Origin: a virus | DNA: 64,000 nt | Strand: one strand, 5' to 3' | IMG/VR virus record: IMGVR_UViG_3300022220_000003 | Coordinates: 29,467 to 93,466 of that record | Part shown: positions 34,776 through 44,878 of the stretch, piece after piece | Layout of the letters: each line of letters starts with the position of its first letter | Numbering within the stretch: position 1 is the stretch's first letter | The notes under the pieces: generated by a model | Databases searched by the model: none | What the model saw: only the letters and a program-made list of their open reading frames with translations | Told to the model about the DNA's origin: nothing | Translations under genes and position numbers: made by a program

Positions 34776-35975
34776 ATGGCCGGTATCCCAAACGAGGAGC
34801 TGATCGCCAAAGCCGTGATCACCACCGATGCGCTCGCTGCAAGTGGCAAGCTCAACGACAAACAGTCAGAGACGTTCCTAGACTACGTGATCGAGGAAAG
34901 CGTCTTGAAAGAAAATGCCCGTGTGATCAAGTTCAGGGCGGAAAACCTCAACATCGATAAGATTGGCGTTGGAGGCCGTGTTGCATTTCCCAAAGCAGAA
35001 GCCACGGATCCGGGCCATCGTCGAGGGGTTTCGACTTCGCAGATCCAGTTGACCCCGCGCGAGATTATCGTCCCGTTCGAGATCGGGGATCTGTTCAAAG
35101 AGGTAAGCCTCGAGAGCCCCGAAAAAATCGAGACTCACATCATTCAAATGATGGCGAGGCAGCTGTCAAATGATATGGAGGAGCTCTACATCTTGGGCGA
35201 TACCGTGGGCCCCGCGATCCTCGAATCGGAGTACCTCGACAACGGGAGCGCCACCCAATACGTCAAGGACAGCTACTTGGCGTTGCAGGACGGTTGGAGC
35301 CGGTTGGCCGACGGGGCCAACGTGGTGGACGCCCAAGGTGCCAACATTGGGCTGAGCATTTTTGGCCAAATGTTGCGGGCGATGCCCACCAAATTCCGAC
35401 GCAACAAGCGAGCCCTGCGTTGGTTCTTGAGCCCAGATTTGTGGCAGCTCTACACCGAAAAGTTGAGCACCCGCGCCACCGCGCTCGGTGACTCCGCGGC
35501 CGGTGGTGGTGAGCATGGCCCCTATGGCGTGCGACCCGTCGAGGTGCCCTTGTGGTCACTCCAACCCAAGGTGGTGCAACACGTGACCCTAACCGGGACC
35601 ACGGCGGTTGCCTTGCGGTTTGGGCCGATCTCCAACGTGGTGGTGAGCACCGAGACCTTGGGCCAGACCCCCGAGACCCCCTACGCAGAGACCACCGATT
35701 GGGTGGCCGACTACACCGCGGGCACCATTGTCCGGGCCGGTGGTACCACGATTGGGTCCGGTGACACCGTCAAGGTGACCTACGATGCGAACCCGCAGGT
35801 TCTCTTGACCCACATGAACAACTTCGTTGTGGGGATCGGTCGAGACATCAAAATTGAAAAGGACAGAAACATCTACAAAGGTGTCAACGAATACGCGATC
35901 CATGCCAAGGTCGCGGTCCAATTCGAGGAGTTGACGGCGATCGTCAAAGGCAAAAACATCGGGACCAGCATCTAA
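34776..35975 (+). CDS. Major capsid protein
   Basis: Position and size; GKL...Q...F; E.L.I.GD; HK97-like C-terminus. Confidence 0.9.
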   Translation: MAGIPNEELIAKAVITTDALAASGKLNDKQSETFLDYVIEESVLKENARVIKFRAENLNIDKIGVGGRVAFPKAEATDPGHRRGVSTSQIQLTPREIIVPFEIGDLFKEVSLESPEKIETHIIQMMARQLSNDMEELYILGDTVGPAILESEYLDNGSATQYVKDSYLALQDGWSRLADGANVVDAQGANIGLSIFGQMLRAMPTKFRRNKRALRWFLSPDLWQLYTEKLSTRATALGDSAAGGGEHGPYGVRPVEVPLWSLQPKVVQHVTLTGTTAVALRFGPISNVVVSTETLGQTPETPYAETTDWVADYTAGTIVRAGGTTIGSGDTVKVTYDANPQVLLTHMNNFVVGIGRDIKIEKDRNIYKGVNEYAIHAKVAVQFEELTAIVKGKNIGTSI

Positions 35976-36027
35976 ACCGGCGAGAGTTTGCGGCGATATC
36001 CACTGCCATTGATTGGAGGATCTCAAG

Positions 36028-36375
36028 ATGGCACGCGAAAAAGTGCAACTGCGAGGCGCATCGAGTTACACCAGTATCTTTTCAAAAGATCGACCCTGGA
36101 AACGTAATGAAGTGCGCTTCCTTGTTGACCCCGTCAAGATCACGTATTACCGGCAGCAGGCGGAGTTTATCTGCACCTCGGTGGGTGACGCCGAGGGCGA
36201 AAACTCCGCGGGTGGGGCGGCGGCCGAGGAGCCTTATCGGCACACCTACGCCACGTTAACCCGCCTCACCAAGCCCGAGCTCGTGGCTTATGCCTCGATG
36301 ACTCACAGCCTCGATCTCGATGAGGACAACCGCAAAGATGACCTAATCGCCGCAATACTCGGGGCCCAAGGTTAG
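36028..36375 (+). CDS. Small protein with a C-terminal Rho-N/HeH-like domain
   Basis: LTKPELVAYA...KDDLIAAIL. Confidence 0.65.
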   Translation: MAREKVQLRGASSYTSIFSKDRPWKRNEVRFLVDPVKITYYRQQAEFICTSVGDAEGENSAGGAAAEEPYRHTYATLTRLTKPELVAYASMTHSLDLDEDNRKDDLIAAILGAQG

Positions 36376-36386
36376 GAGGTATAACC

Positions 36387-36719
36387 ATGCCATTGGTGCA
36401 AATCCCTGTTGGGATCGCGCCTTGCCAGATCGACGACTTCCCAGCGGAGATCGGCGAGGGCGAAAACAAGCGGCCGTTTGAGCGATCATGCCAAGGTGCT
36501 TTGTACATACAGCCAGCACGGACCAAGGTGCTCTCGGACGATGAGCTCGCATTTTTGCGGACGGCAAAGCAACACGCAAAGCTTGGAGCTCGGATCATTG
36601 TGGTGAGGGTTGACGTTGTGCCCGATACTTCAAGGCGGCCCACCGGTATGCGGGAGCACATGGAGAACCCGTTGCCACCGGCGGCCACGCCATCGGCGGA
36701 GTATGACCTAGACGGTTGA
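36387..36719 (+). CDS. Hypothetical protein
   Basis: AGGAGGT RBS. Confidence 0.65.
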   Translation: MPLVQIPVGIAPCQIDDFPAEIGEGENKRPFERSCQGALYIQPARTKVLSDDELAFLRTAKQHAKLGARIIVVRVDVVPDTSRRPTGMREHMENPLPPAATPSAEYDLDG

Positions 36720-36771
36720 GGTTGACTCCATTGGCACTAGGCCCGCTTGGCTACGGCCCAAGGGTAGCATT

Positions 36772-37152
36772 GTGCTCGAGATCCACACACGTGACGGCCA
36801 GACCACAAAAGTTGATCTGGGTAATCCGGACCATGCGAAAGAGTGGGCACGACGCATGGCTGATCCGAGGTATCAGGATACCATAACGGGGGTTACGGTC
36901 TCACATCTCGGGGTGCGTTATAGCCTATCGCGGCCATCTGATTTTAGCCCCGTCGCGTTTTCAGCCGAATACGTTGATCCCGATCCTAGCCGCAAGCTCA
37001 AGGGCGGCCACCGTGTAATTTGTCATGCCGGTGACATACGAGCGGCGGTTATGGTTCACCAACAACAACGAGCAGTGCGTCTCACGTTGCAGAAGTGGGG
37101 AAAACAGCGCTACAACCCCGGTTATGACCCCCTACGGGTACGGGAGGGTTAG
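36772..37152 (+). CDS. Hypothetical protein
   Basis: Fills the operon gap. Confidence 0.55.
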   Translation: MLEIHTRDGQTTKVDLGNPDHAKEWARRMADPRYQDTITGVTVSHLGVRYSLSRPSDFSPVAFSAEYVDPDPSRKLKGGHRVICHAGDIRAAVMVHQQQRAVRLTLQKWGKQRYNPGYDPLRVREG

Positions 37153-37155
37153 GCC

Positions 37156-38295
37156 GTGGCCCCATCTTTGCAACGACTCGATCAGATCCGTAACCCCGAT
37201 CAATATGATGACCAACTACCGGCGGCGAGCGTTGCAGCTAGTGAAACCACAGCCGAAACCCTCGAGGATCACAACAACGCCCTGATCTCGCAAATCAAGC
37301 GGATCTTGCGAGGGGACGGGGCGGGCAATTGGTTTGATAACCCGGCGGTCATAGGGCCCGGGTCCACCGATGCCTCGTTGGAGGCCCTTGCGGCTCGAGC
37401 ACGGCTTGAGGACAAAAATATCCTAACTTATCGGTTGCAGCTGACCGATCTCTTAGTACCCTCGGGCCAGAATTGGGTGGCATTTACGGCTGGGGCTACA
37501 TTGCCCGCGGCCAATATAGCGATCGCGGATAGCAGCCAAGGTGCTGCGGTGTCACAACTTGCCACCGCGGTGGATCAACACAGTCTTGAGATCAACGCTG
37601 GGCTCAACGCGTTAGAGCCAAAAAACTTGGTGCGGGTGTACGACGGTACCACGGGCGAGGTTTTGCAATCCGATGGGCGGGCGGTGTCTGCGTTGTTGCA
37701 GGTGGGTGTTGATGCTACTGACGGCAACCCGTTTGCAACTTCGGGGGATGATCAGGGCCAACTGTCGTTTGTGCGACCCAATGCCGCCTATACCGCTTTT
37801 GAGGCCGTACCAGTTGTTGACGTTGAATACGCTTCGATTGTGTACCGATACACGGTACGCGACGATTTGGTGGATACCCCAGAGGAATCTTTTCGGGGTG
37901 ACACGGTAACTGGCGGTGGTGGCCTTAGCCCCCATGCTTTTGGTGCGAGTTGTGACCCGTCGTTGGTGGTTGGCGAATGGGTCTACATTTCGGGGCCTAG
38001 TGTGGCGGGGTTGTACGCGGTGGACCGGGTGAATATCTCTGATTTTTCCAAGCTCCCTGCGGTGGGTGTTGTTTCACAAAAACCCACTGCGACCACTGCC
38101 TATATCCAATGGGGCGGCGAGATCCGAGGACTTGGGACGTTGACGCCTAGACGAGTTTATTTTTTGCAGGCCGATGCCACCGCGGGTTTAGCTCCGCCGG
38201 TGGGTGCGGGGCAATACGTCCAGCGGGTGGGTGTGGCATTGGATGCTAGTGTGCTACTAATTAGCCCAAACCTACATCTAACGAAACGGAGTTGA
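37156..38295 (+). CDS. Virion protein with a C-terminal capsid-cement/decoration-like domain
   Basis: G..VY...A.GVV...YFL...Q.VG.A, shared with the 38770 ORF. Confidence 0.65.
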   Translation: MAPSLQRLDQIRNPDQYDDQLPAASVAASETTAETLEDHNNALISQIKRILRGDGAGNWFDNPAVIGPGSTDASLEALAARARLEDKNILTYRLQLTDLLVPSGQNWVAFTAGATLPAANIAIADSSQGAAVSQLATAVDQHSLEINAGLNALEPKNLVRVYDGTTGEVLQSDGRAVSALLQVGVDATDGNPFATSGDDQGQLSFVRPNAAYTAFEAVPVVDVEYASIVYRYTVRDDLVDTPEESFRGDTVTGGGGLSPHAFGASCDPSLVVGEWVYISGPSVAGLYAVDRVNISDFSKLPAVGVVSQKPTATTAYIQWGGEIRGLGTLTPRRVYFLQADATAGLAPPVGAGQYVQRVGVALDASVLLISPNLHLTKRS

Positions 38296-38299
38296 CACC

Positions 38300-38725
38300 A
38301 TGGCAAAAAAGGGACCGCGAAAACGGTGTGATTCGGAGGATTGCCGACGGCTGCGGTTGAACGGATCAACCTATTGCCGTTTTCACCAATCCAAGCCAGC
38401 TAGCGCCGAGGTTGCCGACGAAAACGTGGTTAAACTTTCTGAACGTGATGCGCTGCGTTTTGGCAAGGTGGACGCTGAGGTACGTAATGCTATCCAAGGG
38501 CAAAAATTGATTGATTACGAAATCAACGTGGTACAGCAAAATGTGCGCCAAAAGATTGCCGAGTTGCAACAGCGCAAGGCGGAGCTGATCAACGTAGTTC
38601 GTGAATACCAGGGCAGCTATCAGGCTATTGTCCAAGAGATAGCCGAGACTTACGGCATACATGACCCCGCTAAGATGGCGATAGATCCAGACGCTGGGAT
38701 TGTGCGAGACTTGACGAAAGTCTAA
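38300..38725 (+). CDS. Coiled-coil protein with an N-terminal CCCH motif
   Basis: CDSEDC...YCRFH. Confidence 0.6.
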   Translation: MAKKGPRKRCDSEDCRRLRLNGSTYCRFHQSKPASAEVADENVVKLSERDALRFGKVDAEVRNAIQGQKLIDYEINVVQQNVRQKIAELQQRKAELINVVREYQGSYQAIVQEIAETYGIHDPAKMAIDPDAGIVRDLTKV

Positions 38726-38769
38726 CAAACCGGGGGTGCTAATACCCCACCTACCCAGGGAGTTTTGCC

Positions 38770-40497
38770 ATGGCAGCACGCAAGCCGTTATTTATGGACA
38801 CCGAGGGCTTTTCGGAAGAAATGGCCATCACTGATAGTATGACACTCGGCGGTCTCACCATGGGCGGTGCCATCGCCATGGGTGACAACAAGATCACGGG
38901 CCTTGGCGATGCGACAGCCGATGGTGATGCGATCGGGTATCAGCAAACGGGCGCCGAGCTTGGTGATCTCGCAATCACCAGCGGTGGAGATATCACGCTA
39001 TCCGGTGGCGGCGAGCTCACCGGTTTGCCCGCGACTCCCACCGGTGACACAGCGGCGACCTCAAAGGCCTATGTGGACGGGCTCGTGATCTCGGGCGGGT
39101 CTTTTAAAGAGGCTTTGCTACACGAGGGTCAGGTTGACAACTCTGAAGGCATTTTGGGCAGTATCGCGCTGGTAATGCAGGCCAACCCGGTGAGCGGTGA
39201 TGTGATCACGTTGACCGATGGCACCACCACGCGGGGCTACGGTGCGGGATCCGGTGGCGATGTGCAATACACGATCGGTGCTACCGCGGCCGACAGTATG
39301 GCCAACCTGGCGGCGGCAATTGAGGGTGATGGCTCCGCGGCGTGGGGTGGGTCGTTTACGACCGATCTAGACGCGATCGATTCGGCCGGGGTGGTGGTTA
39401 TCACCGAGGACGATAACGACGGAACGGCCTCGAAGGCTTGGGGTGTTTGGGCAACCCCCGCAAATGTCCAGGTGGTGGACTTCGGTGGCGAGAGTGACTA
39501 CACGAAAAAGACGCTGACCAACTTGCCCGGATCCCTTCCGGGCTCTACCAATTTCGGCCTTAACCGCACGCAATCGGCTTTGACCGATGGCGAGCTCCAT
39601 TACGTGCTCAACGATGACGTGGTGTATGGCTGGGATGATTCGGGCAATACGTGGCAGACCATGTCAGGCAGCGCCAGCATCCCAGACGCGACGTCGGCTT
39701 CCGGTGGTGGTACCAAGGGCAAGGTCACGTTTGACAGCGATAAGGGCTTGGTTGTCGTTGGCGGTGTGGCCGAGGTGAACATTGACGCGGTGACTTTGGA
39801 TTTTGATGGGGCGACCAAAAAGATCGAGGTTACCGGTGTACCTTCGCTCTTCGAAATTGGTGGTACTCCGGTGGGTGCCACGGTGACCGCGGCCAATTTG
39901 GACGATGTCACCGACGGGTCTAACGCGGATTCGTTGCACGTACATACCGGTACGGGCATTACGATGGACCATGCGGACCTCAACAACGTTACAACTGATC
40001 AGCACCATGCTCAGTCACATACGGTTGCAAGCCACAGCGATACCACCGCAACAGGCGCCGAGCTCGAGACGTTGACCGATGGGTCCAATGCAGACGCGTT
40101 GCACGTGCATGCGTCTGCAACGGCCACTGAGGCCCCGAAGGTCGAAAACACCTTGACCACCGCTACCGATGCCACAAGCAACGGTGATCCGGTATACGTC
40201 AACGGCAATTCGACAGTGGGCAAATCTTTGGCCAATGACGACGCCAAGTCTAGGGTGCTGGGTGTTATTCGCACAGGCGCTGGTGCAGCGGGTGCAACCC
40301 CTGAGGTGGTATCGCTTGGCATCTGTGCCGGGATCCTGTCGAGCGCAACGGCTGGGACTCCCTATTACCTCCAAACGGCGGGCGGTATTGGTACCAGCCT
40401 TCCGGGCGGCGGTAATCGGGTGATCCAAGTTGGTTGGGCCTACAACGCCGATGACCTTTGGATTGAGCTCAAGGACTACGGCAAAAAAGCTGCGTGA
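38770..40497 (+). CDS. Fibre/decoration protein with HxH motifs
   Basis: Gly/Thr/Asp-rich; TDGSNAD.LHVH twice; cement-like C-terminus. Confidence 0.7.
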   Translation: MAARKPLFMDTEGFSEEMAITDSMTLGGLTMGGAIAMGDNKITGLGDATADGDAIGYQQTGAELGDLAITSGGDITLSGGGELTGLPATPTGDTAATSKAYVDGLVISGGSFKEALLHEGQVDNSEGILGSIALVMQANPVSGDVITLTDGTTTRGYGAGSGGDVQYTIGATAADSMANLAAAIEGDGSAAWGGSFTTDLDAIDSAGVVVITEDDNDGTASKAWGVWATPANVQVVDFGGESDYTKKTLTNLPGSLPGSTNFGLNRTQSALTDGELHYVLNDDVVYGWDDSGNTWQTMSGSASIPDATSASGGGTKGKVTFDSDKGLVVVGGVAEVNIDAVTLDFDGATKKIEVTGVPSLFEIGGTPVGATVTAANLDDVTDGSNADSLHVHTGTGITMDHADLNNVTTDQHHAQSHTVASHSDTTATGAELETLTDGSNADALHVHASATATEAPKVENTLTTATDATSNGDPVYVNGNSTVGKSLANDDAKSRVLGVIRTGAGAAGATPEVVSLGICAGILSSATAGTPYYLQTAGGIGTSLPGGGNRVIQVGWAYNADDLWIELKDYGKKAA

Positions 40498-40522
40498 CCC
40501 TGATTAGTCTTGAGGTGGTGCT

Positions 40523-41110
40523 ATGGATCGGGTTCAGGTTCTCAAGGTCGAAACCGCCGATTTAGGTGGGGATGCGGCAGACGAGCGGCCTTGGCCCGAG
40601 CCCATAGCACCCCAAGAGGATGCTATTGAGGCTGCGGGGTACTATCTCCAAGACGCAAGCAATCGTGATGAGAATGTGGGGTTTAAACGCTCCGGTGACG
40701 ATGCGGAATTTTTTGACATCAATAACCCCACCCCTGTGACGTTGACGGATCTCGTTGCGGGGGCCGGGGGTTTGACCGAGAGCGCCCACCGGACCTTACG
40801 CCAATTGATCCATTTCGTTGACAACGGGCCGGCGGAGGGTTTCACGAGTGGTGCTTACAGGGAGTCCTTGCCTTCGGCTGATCCGTTTCCCACAACGGTG
40901 ACTTGGTGGGAAAGCTCGAGCAAATCCAAACGGATTGTGGAAAAGACGATCACCCGCAGCGGTGGAGGGGCCACCAACGTGACACCAACCCCCGTTGTTT
41001 GGGATATATACGATACTGACGGGACCACCAAACTTGCCACCGTGAGCGATGCGATCGCTTATAGTGGGGTTTTCGAGACTTCGAGGACTCGGACCATTAC
41101 GATTTACTAG
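40523..41110 (+). CDS. Virion structural protein
   Basis: GAGGTGG RBS; beta-rich. Confidence 0.6.
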   Translation: MDRVQVLKVETADLGGDAADERPWPEPIAPQEDAIEAAGYYLQDASNRDENVGFKRSGDDAEFFDINNPTPVTLTDLVAGAGGLTESAHRTLRQLIHFVDNGPAEGFTSGAYRESLPSADPFPTTVTWWESSSKSKRIVEKTITRSGGGATNVTPTPVVWDIYDTDGTTKLATVSDAIAYSGVFETSRTRTITIY

Positions 41111-41119
41111 GGCAAAGCA

Positions 41120-42283
41120 ATGAGCGAATCCCCCGCAGCAATACTTTATGATGCCAGTGGTAACGCCATGGCGGTGCAGGATGGTGTAGCTATCCCAGCC
41201 AACACCAAGGGCCTGTTGATCCATGGCAAAGATGGTTCGGGCAACGCGAGGGTGGCCGAGCTCGTGGCCGATGCGGGGATCTATCGTGTCCGGACCGAGA
41301 CCCCGCCAAATTTGGTTGATTCCAACAACAGCTCGGTCTCGCAACTTGGCGCCAGCGGTACTTTTGTTGGCACGGGTGTTGACTGCTCTGGGTTTTCGTC
41401 TGTTGCGGTGACGGTACACTCGGACAAAGACAGCGCCACCGATGGTATGGTGTTCGAATTTTCAATAGACAATTCCAATTGGGATGATTCGTACGCGTTC
41501 AACCTCGAGGCCTCCTCCTCGCAAACGCGGCGGTTTCAGTTCCCTGTGTGTGCCCAGTATTTCCGAATCAACTACACCAACGGATTGGAGATAACAACAC
41601 AGTTTCGGGTCCAGACTATCCTACACCGTGACAACATACTGACATCGATCCACCGGACCGAGGCCGTTGTCAAAGAGGATCGCTCCGCGCAATTGATGAA
41701 GTCTGCCATTATTGCCCAGCGCGAGGGGGCGACGATCCAAGATTTTTACCCGATACAGTCTGATGTGAGTGGTAACCTCAAAGTGACCACGATCGGGACG
41801 GATATTCCCTCGGATCCGACGCAGCTCGTGTTGCAGTTTTGTGAGAATGGCGGCTCAGAGGATTTGTTGGTGGACGGCTCGACTCCTGTGAATTTTGAAA
41901 GAGGGCCGACAACAACGGATGAGATTTGGTCGGTCCGAGAGTTGTTGCTAGCGTTTGCTGCGGACGACTTCGATTTTGACGGGGTTAGTTTTGGTCCGAT
42001 TGCGGCTCTCACAACCGGGGTATCAATACGCGTTGTGAAAAACTCGGTCACCACCGAGGTGTTTAACGTCAAGCAAAACGAGGACTTTTTAAGGTTGCCT
42101 GGTAGGCAACCCCTGGTGAACAACACTGGACCAAAAGACGTGCTTGGGGCGGCCCTTTCGTTTCAGGGGTTGGTGTTGGACCAGTCTACCGGGGACAAGA
42201 TACAAGTGGCCGTGCGTGATAACTTGACCTCGGTCAAACTGCAATACTTCACCGCAACATTATTCGCGGTCAAGGTGGTGTAA
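41120..42283 (+). CDS. Virion structural protein
   Basis: C-terminal domain paralogous to the 42286 ORF. Confidence 0.6.
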   Translation: MSESPAAILYDASGNAMAVQDGVAIPANTKGLLIHGKDGSGNARVAELVADAGIYRVRTETPPNLVDSNNSSVSQLGASGTFVGTGVDCSGFSSVAVTVHSDKDSATDGMVFEFSIDNSNWDDSYAFNLEASSSQTRRFQFPVCAQYFRINYTNGLEITTQFRVQTILHRDNILTSIHRTEAVVKEDRSAQLMKSAIIAQREGATIQDFYPIQSDVSGNLKVTTIGTDIPSDPTQLVLQFCENGGSEDLLVDGSTPVNFERGPTTTDEIWSVRELLLAFAADDFDFDGVSFGPIAALTTGVSIRVVKNSVTTEVFNVKQNEDFLRLPGRQPLVNNTGPKDVLGAALSFQGLVLDQSTGDKIQVAVRDNLTSVKLQYFTATLFAVKVV

Positions 42284-42285
42284 CC

Positions 42286-43281
42286 ATGGGCTATACAAAA
42301 ACAGCCGACGGCACGCGAATCGTTGCGACGCCAGAGTGGGCGCTTGGCCAACTGGCTTGCAAGCGGATCACCGATGGCAAGGTGTCAATGAAAGTTGACG
42401 GCTCGCCGAGCTCGGCAACTATCATCTGGAATGGGACCGGCGAAAATGATACCGGCGGCGATTGGACGCGCAGTGGTGAGGGGAGCGAATCCACAGCAGC
42501 TAAAAAAAGCGGAACGAACGGGCTCAACACCACCGTGACGAGCGAAAACGACACCTCGGTGTTTGACAACGGCTCCATGGTCGACGTTGACGGCACCTAT
42601 GGCAGTCTGCAGTTTTGGATTCGGGCCAAGGTTTACCCTGTGGGATCCGATCCGGTGGTGTTTTGGCGGGATAGCTCCAACGTCCTTGTTGGGGTTGAGG
42701 TGCACCTAAACGACTACGTCGAGGACTTTTCGGACGATACGGAATGGCACCTTGTGGCGATCCCTATTTCTGATTTTGCGCTAACCACCAACGTGCAAAA
42801 GCTTGTTTTCCGGTATGAGGGTGTAGGCGGCCAACGCTATTTCATTGACGATATCGAGCTCTACAGCACGGGAGGGTTTGTCTATCGAGCAGCGGCCACT
42901 GCAACCGAGGTGTACCACCTCAAAGATGTGATCTTGACCTTCGTTGAGGAGAATGGGACTTGGGACAGCGGGGATTTTACCGCGATCAACGGCGGGCTAT
43001 CGAACGGGTTGCTTCTGAGGCACCGGCGGTTGAGCACCGGGGAGGTGCTTTGGAAGATCAATTTCAAAAGCAATATCACCCTGTTTGGGCGGCTCAACGT
43101 TCTGAACGACGTTGAATATAGTACTTCGGTGCACCAATTCACGCTGGCCCTGGATCCAACCCCTGCGATGATCAAGGTGACGTCCGACGATGTGATCGAG
43201 TGGGTGGTTAGGGATGACTTGACCACAATCAACGATATTCGCTCGTTTTTGCGCTATGGCCGAGAGGAGGTGGCGGCGTGA
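42286..43281 (+). CDS. Virion protein with a CBM-like jelly-roll insertion
   Basis: SLQFWI...WHLVAIPISDF...YFIDDIEL. Confidence 0.6.
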   Translation: MGYTKTADGTRIVATPEWALGQLACKRITDGKVSMKVDGSPSSATIIWNGTGENDTGGDWTRSGEGSESTAAKKSGTNGLNTTVTSENDTSVFDNGSMVDVDGTYGSLQFWIRAKVYPVGSDPVVFWRDSSNVLVGVEVHLNDYVEDFSDDTEWHLVAIPISDFALTTNVQKLVFRYEGVGGQRYFIDDIELYSTGGFVYRAAATATEVYHLKDVILTFVEENGTWDSGDFTAINGGLSNGLLLRHRRLSTGEVLWKINFKSNITLFGRLNVLNDVEYSTSVHQFTLALDPTPAMIKVTSDDVIEWVVRDDLTTINDIRSFLRYGREEVAA

Positions 43282-44018
43282 CCGTCAACCTAAACAAGGT
43301 GCCCCGCAACTTGGATAACAAGCCGTTTATGGTGCCCGTGATTCACCACGATCATGACAAATTCATACATGCGGGGAGCTCTGATGATATTGCCAACGGG
43401 GTGCGGTGGGATGGTGATTTATTCGAGTTGACTCGCACCGATTCCGGTGACACGACGGGGACATTTCAATACTTGGAATGGGTCCGGATAGCGGGCGCGC
43501 ATGTTACGTGCACCGGCAATGTGGCAGGTGACCATGTGCATGGTAAGGTGTATGCACCCTCCTCGAGCCCGGCGGCGACCTCCAACCCCGGGGCGGGTGC
43601 GTACGATAAGTACAACCTTGGCACGGGGATGAATGTGTTTGTACCCAATGGGACGCAAACCGGTGATTGGGATCTGGACCTGTCAAGTCGACTAAACGCC
43701 AACTGTAATATCACCAAGGTGTGCCCGGTGACGGCTGAGGACGGGGACGGGTGGTTTGACTATGACTCCGACAGTGGAGACGTGACACTAAACGCGGGTC
43801 AGGCCGGCGGGTATAACTTGTTTGACTTCGATTTGGATTTGCTCCGGATCATTCCAAAGGCTCCCCTGCCATTTTCAGGGTATTGGAACCTGGCCCCCGC
43901 CAATGTGCGGCCAATGCTTTTGCTACCCCATTGGAAGCTCGAGGTGATCCTATCGCGGACAACAGGTGGTACGGTGTCCGTGAATTGGGTGTTGATTATC
44001 GAGAGGGCCACGACATGA
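43278..44018 (+). CDS. Virion structural protein
   Basis: GAGGAGG RBS; GTGA overlap. Confidence 0.55.
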   Translation: MTVNLNKVPRNLDNKPFMVPVIHHDHDKFIHAGSSDDIANGVRWDGDLFELTRTDSGDTTGTFQYLEWVRIAGAHVTCTGNVAGDHVHGKVYAPSSSPAATSNPGAGAYDKYNLGTGMNVFVPNGTQTGDWDLDLSSRLNANCNITKVCPVTAEDGDGWFDYDSDSGDVTLNAGQAGGYNLFDFDLDLLRIIPKAPLPFSGYWNLAPANVRPMLLLPHWKLEVILSRTTGGTVSVNWVLIIERATT

Positions 44019-44878
44019 CCGAGAAAACAGCGCTAGTCCTCTCGGGCGGTTCGCGGTTTGGAGCCTGGCAAGTGGGTGCGGCAAAACGCCTATACGAAAA
44101 GGGGTTGAAACCCAAGATTTTTTGCGGGGTGTCCGTTGGTGGGCTCAACGGCGCATTTTTGGCGCAATACGATCACGAGGTGTCGGCCTTGCAAGCGGTT
44201 CACGATTTGGCCGATCGGTGGCAACAGACTACAACTAGGGACGTTTGGCGCCATCACATACCGTTTGGGTATTTACACCTACCTTGGAAAAAGAGCCCAT
44301 ACGATTCGAAACCCTTGCGGCGATTGATTCGGCAGTGGTTCGATCCGGTTTTGGTTGAGGCGGCGGGCAACGAGCTCTACCTCGGGGCGGTATCGTTGGA
44401 ATCGGGCCGGTATCACGTGTTTGGGCTTGACCATATTGATCCGCATGCGGTCTTGGCCGCAAGTGCGGCCAACGCCATGTTTGAGCCCCGCGAGCTCCCC
44501 ACCGGCCTGTGTGCCGATGGCGGTTTGGTTTGTGCCACGCCCTTGCGGGCGGCGTTTCGAGCGGGAGCCACCCGGATCTACGTGGTGCTTACCGAGGCCG
44601 ATGTGATGGCCGAGCAGACCAAGCTTGATACGTTCGCCCAAATTGGGCCTCGCCATATTGCGATCCTAGCCCGTAGTGTTTTCGAGCTCGATATCGGTTG
44701 GGCCCTCGCCGAGAATAAATTGGCCGCAAGTGGAGCGGGCACCAAGCGCCACGTCGAAATCAAGGTTTTGCGACCGAGCGAGCCTCTCGAGGGCGATCCG
44801 TTGGATTTTGACCCCACCCGCTCGGCGGAGTTGATCAGGTGGGGTTACGAGGACGCCAAACAAGTGGTGGTGCAGTGA
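44015..44878 (+). CDS. Patatin-like phospholipase
   Basis: LVLSGG..FGAWQVG, nucleophile GVSVG, ASAA, DGG. Confidence 0.9.
   Translation: MTEKTALVLSGGSRFGAWQVGAAKRLYEKGLKPKIFCGVSVGGLNGAFLAQYDHEVSALQAVHDLADRWQQTTTRDVWRHHIPFGYLHLPWKKSPYDSKPLRRLIRQWFDPVLVEAAGNELYLGAVSLESGRYHVFGLDHIDPHAVLAASAANAMFEPRELPTGLCADGGLVCATPLRAAFRAGATRIYVVLTEADVMAEQTKLDTFAQIGPRHIAILARSVFELDIGWALAENKLAASGAGTKRHVEIKVLRPSEPLEGDPLDFDPTRSAELIRWGYEDAKQVVVQ

Noticed and set aside
44015-44878. CBASS CapV-type defence effector
   Set aside because: No nucleotide cyclase nearby; embedded in the structural operon
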